Assembly: GCA_001794215.1 (NCBI GenBank)
Contig: MGJK01000020.1
Span: forward strand, 1,016-65,015
Source of the DNA: Candidatus Yanofskybacteria bacterium RIFCSPHIGHO2_01_FULL_44_24
GTDB taxonomy: Bacteria > Patescibacteriota > Minisyncoccia > 2-02-FULL-40-12 > GWA2-44-9
Length of the DNA stretch: 64,000 bases
Direction of reading: 5' to 3'
Position numbers and translations under genes: made by a program. This document shows, in pieces, positions 62,320 to 64,000 of this stretch. The notes under the pieces are model-generated. The model saw nothing but the letters and a program-made list of their open reading frames with translations. It made no database searches and was not told the DNA's origin. How positions within the stretch are numbered: the stretch's first letter is position 1; the number at the start of each line of letters is the position of its first letter.

Positions 62320-62514
62320 ATGGTTAAAACAAACAAATCACTGCACAAAAGAATCAAGATCACCGGAAGAAGCAAAATACTAAAACGACCGCCGGGCCAG
62401 AATCATTTTAACGCAAAAGATTCCGGAAATGCCACCCGCCAGAAAAAGGGCGATAAAACCGCACCCGGAGATCTTAATCGGACAGTGAAAGCATTGGTTA
62501 ACTTCCACTACTAA
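62320..62514 (+). CDS. rpmI: 50S ribosomal protein L35
   Basis: KTNKS..KRIKITG; lies between infC and rplT. Confidence 0.92.
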   Translation: MVKTNKSLHKRIKITGRSKILKRPPGQNHFNAKDSGNATRQKKGDKTAPGDLNRTVKALVNFHY

Positions 62515-62515
62515 A

Positions 62516-62860
62516 ATGACCCGAGTCAAAAGAGGCGTACAAGCTAATCGAAGGAGAAAGAGGCTGCTGAAACATGCAAAGGGTTTTATGTGGACCCGCG
62601 ATTCCAAGTACCGCCAAGCCAAAGAAGCCCTTCTCCATGCCTGGTCATTCCAATTCGTAGGAAGAAAGAACAAGAAAAGAGACTTTCGAAGATTATGGCA
62701 GGTCAAGATAGGAGCCGCGGCCAAAGAAAACGGAATAAGCTACAGCAGACTGATCGACCGGCTTCATAAGGCCAAGATAGAGCTCGATAGGAAGATACTC
62801 GCCGATCTGGCGGAAAACCATCCGGAGACGTTTAAGAAAATAATCTCCCAGTCACAATAA
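62516..62860 (+). CDS. rplT: 50S ribosomal protein L20
   Basis: MTRVKRG...AKGF...KKRDFRRLW...LDRKILADLA. Confidence 0.97.
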   Translation: MTRVKRGVQANRRRKRLLKHAKGFMWTRDSKYRQAKEALLHAWSFQFVGRKNKKRDFRRLWQVKIGAAAKENGISYSRLIDRLHKAKIELDRKILADLAENHPETFKKIISQSQ

Positions 62861-62876
62861 ATCCCCGATCGGGGAT

Positions 62877-63095
62877 TTATTGTGACTGGGAGAGTTCTTG
62901 CTCTAACTTTGTAATTTGATTCTGAAGATTTTCAGCTAAGTTCCGGTCTTCAATCGTCCAGTGGTTGCTCCATTGTTTCAACTCCTCAAGTCTATCTCTG
63001 TAGCCTTGAAGCATCTCGGCTTTTGAAACCTCTTTTTGGGATTCCTCAGCTGGTTGCCTCTGGCCAAGCATACGCTCAAATATATTCTTCCTCAT
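62877..63095 (-). CDS. Hypothetical coiled-coil protein
   Basis: TTGACT-17-TACAAT-7 nt-ATG (MRKNIF...). Confidence 0.55.
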   Translation of the reverse strand: MRKNIFERMLGQRQPAEESQKEVSKAEMLQGYRDRLEELKQWSNHWTIEDRNLAENLQNQITKLEQELSQSQ

Positions 63096-63182
63096 ATACT
63101 CCATTGTATCAAAATATTCACAAAAAGTCAAATTTTAGCGAAAAAGTATTTTAAAAAATCCTCGATAATATAATTAGATAGA

Positions 63183-63259
63183 TACTTCCTTGCTTTGCCC
63201 TCCATAGGCGGGCGGGCATTCTCCTTGGGTAGGGCCAATAGAGAACATTGGAAAACTTT
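63183..63259 (+). repeat. Structured motif copy 1 (core 63217-63259)
   Basis: 41/43 identical to 63879-63921. Confidence 0.85.
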
Positions 63260-63368
63260 AATGTCGAATATTTATAGATATTTTATCAAAAACCCAGATA
63301 TCTTGTCACTGGACTTTTAGATAAAATTATATATGATATGAGGGTTGTTCTCGTCTCGGGAGGCAAAT

Positions 63369-63758
63369 GTGAGTAGATTTAGTCAGACATTGCAAAAGTT
63401 ATTTGATAATACAGAATTATTTACGAGATCTGAATGGGCTAGATTTCTGGGTATTCCAGAATCATCCATCTCCGAATGGCTGGAAGATAAATCGTTACCT
63501 CGTCCCGATCTAATTCGAATGACAATCGATCTTGTTGAAAATAGTGCCGAGGCCAAGAAAGAGTACCTAAATGAGTTCGAGGGCATGACTAATCTTCCAT
63601 CGGCAGAAATATCTCCATTATTTCATTTAATGGGCAATACCTTGAATGATTATATGAATGAGACTTTTATGGATCTCGGGCGGAGACTCAGAAATCTTTC
63701 GGTATCTCAGCAAATAAAAGTTTTAGAGAAAGGCTGTATAGGCCCGGTAACGTCTTAA
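63369..63758 (+). CDS. XRE-family helix-turn-helix protein
   Basis: TRSEWARFLGIPESSISEWLEDKSLPR; GGAGG before GTG. Confidence 0.75.
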   Translation: MSRFSQTLQKLFDNTELFTRSEWARFLGIPESSISEWLEDKSLPRPDLIRMTIDLVENSAEAKKEYLNEFEGMTNLPSAEISPLFHLMGNTLNDYMNETFMDLGRRLRNLSVSQQIKVLEKGCIGPVTS

Positions 63759-63852
63759 ATTCTAAGACGTTTTTTATTCTAGAGTTTTCCATTCCCCTTG
63801 GGGGTAAAACAAAGTCCATTTTTGGAAAACCAGAATAATCGAAGTAAAGGCT

Positions 63853-63921
63853 TACTTCCCTGGTCATTTCATGCTGACCATTCTCCTTGGGCAGGGCCAG
63901 TAGAGAACATTGGAAAACTTT
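63853..63921 (+). repeat. Structured motif copy 2 (core 63879-63921)
   Basis: Second copy with a different but pairing-conserved first hairpin. Confidence 0.85.
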
Positions 63922-64000
63922 GTTACAGAATATCTACCAAAGCTTTATCAGTGAACCCTTGTTAATTCCCGATTCCTACGCATTCAGTCAATAATGATGG

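Noticed and set aside
63183-63921. CRISPR array or HDV-like ribozyme
   Set aside because: Only two full copies, about 660 bp apart with a gene between them, and no cas genes; the HDV P1.1/P4 layout is not satisfied in both copies.

Overview
Chromosomal window from a CPR/Patescibacteria (Parcubacteria-type) bacterium. This assignment is inferred from the truncated ThrS, the archaeal/eukaryal-type GlyQS, ThyX, rplK without rplA, the CPR-style type IV pilus cluster, the 7-mer repeat tracts and the many apparently leaderless genes. Most of the window is housekeeping: glmS, rpsP, rnc, nusB, rpmF, dnaE, thrS, miaA, gatB, thyX, tmk, rplK-nusG-secE, pyrH, gyrB, pheS, guaB-like, glyQS, recO, ileS, argS, mpg, htrA, smpB, ssrA, ppk2, a pil cluster and infC-rpmI-rplT. 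Surface proteins and small accessory inserts are mixed in. The best signals are non-coding. (1) A covarying ~90-130 nt structured module occurs in two intergenic regions; one copy is nested in a ~470-nt multi-stem element located where rplA normally sits. (2) tRNA-Asp(GTC) is split by a 206-nt ORF-less group I intron, with a free-standing LAGLIDADG gene running into the tRNA 5' end. (3) A duplicated hairpin/pseudoknot motif flanks an XRE gene. (4) An AbiEii-like module lies between 82-bp repeats of the glyQS 3' end. (5) Palindromic and heptameric elements are inserted in frame in core enzymes. Unusual proteins include a CoaB-like/class II aldolase fusion coupled to a methyltransferase, a single-subunit PheRS, an IleRS with a histidine-phosphatase insert, a REC-PilB fusion and outer-membrane-type proteins next to tmRNA. 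All folds and alignments were done by eye; no database searches were run.
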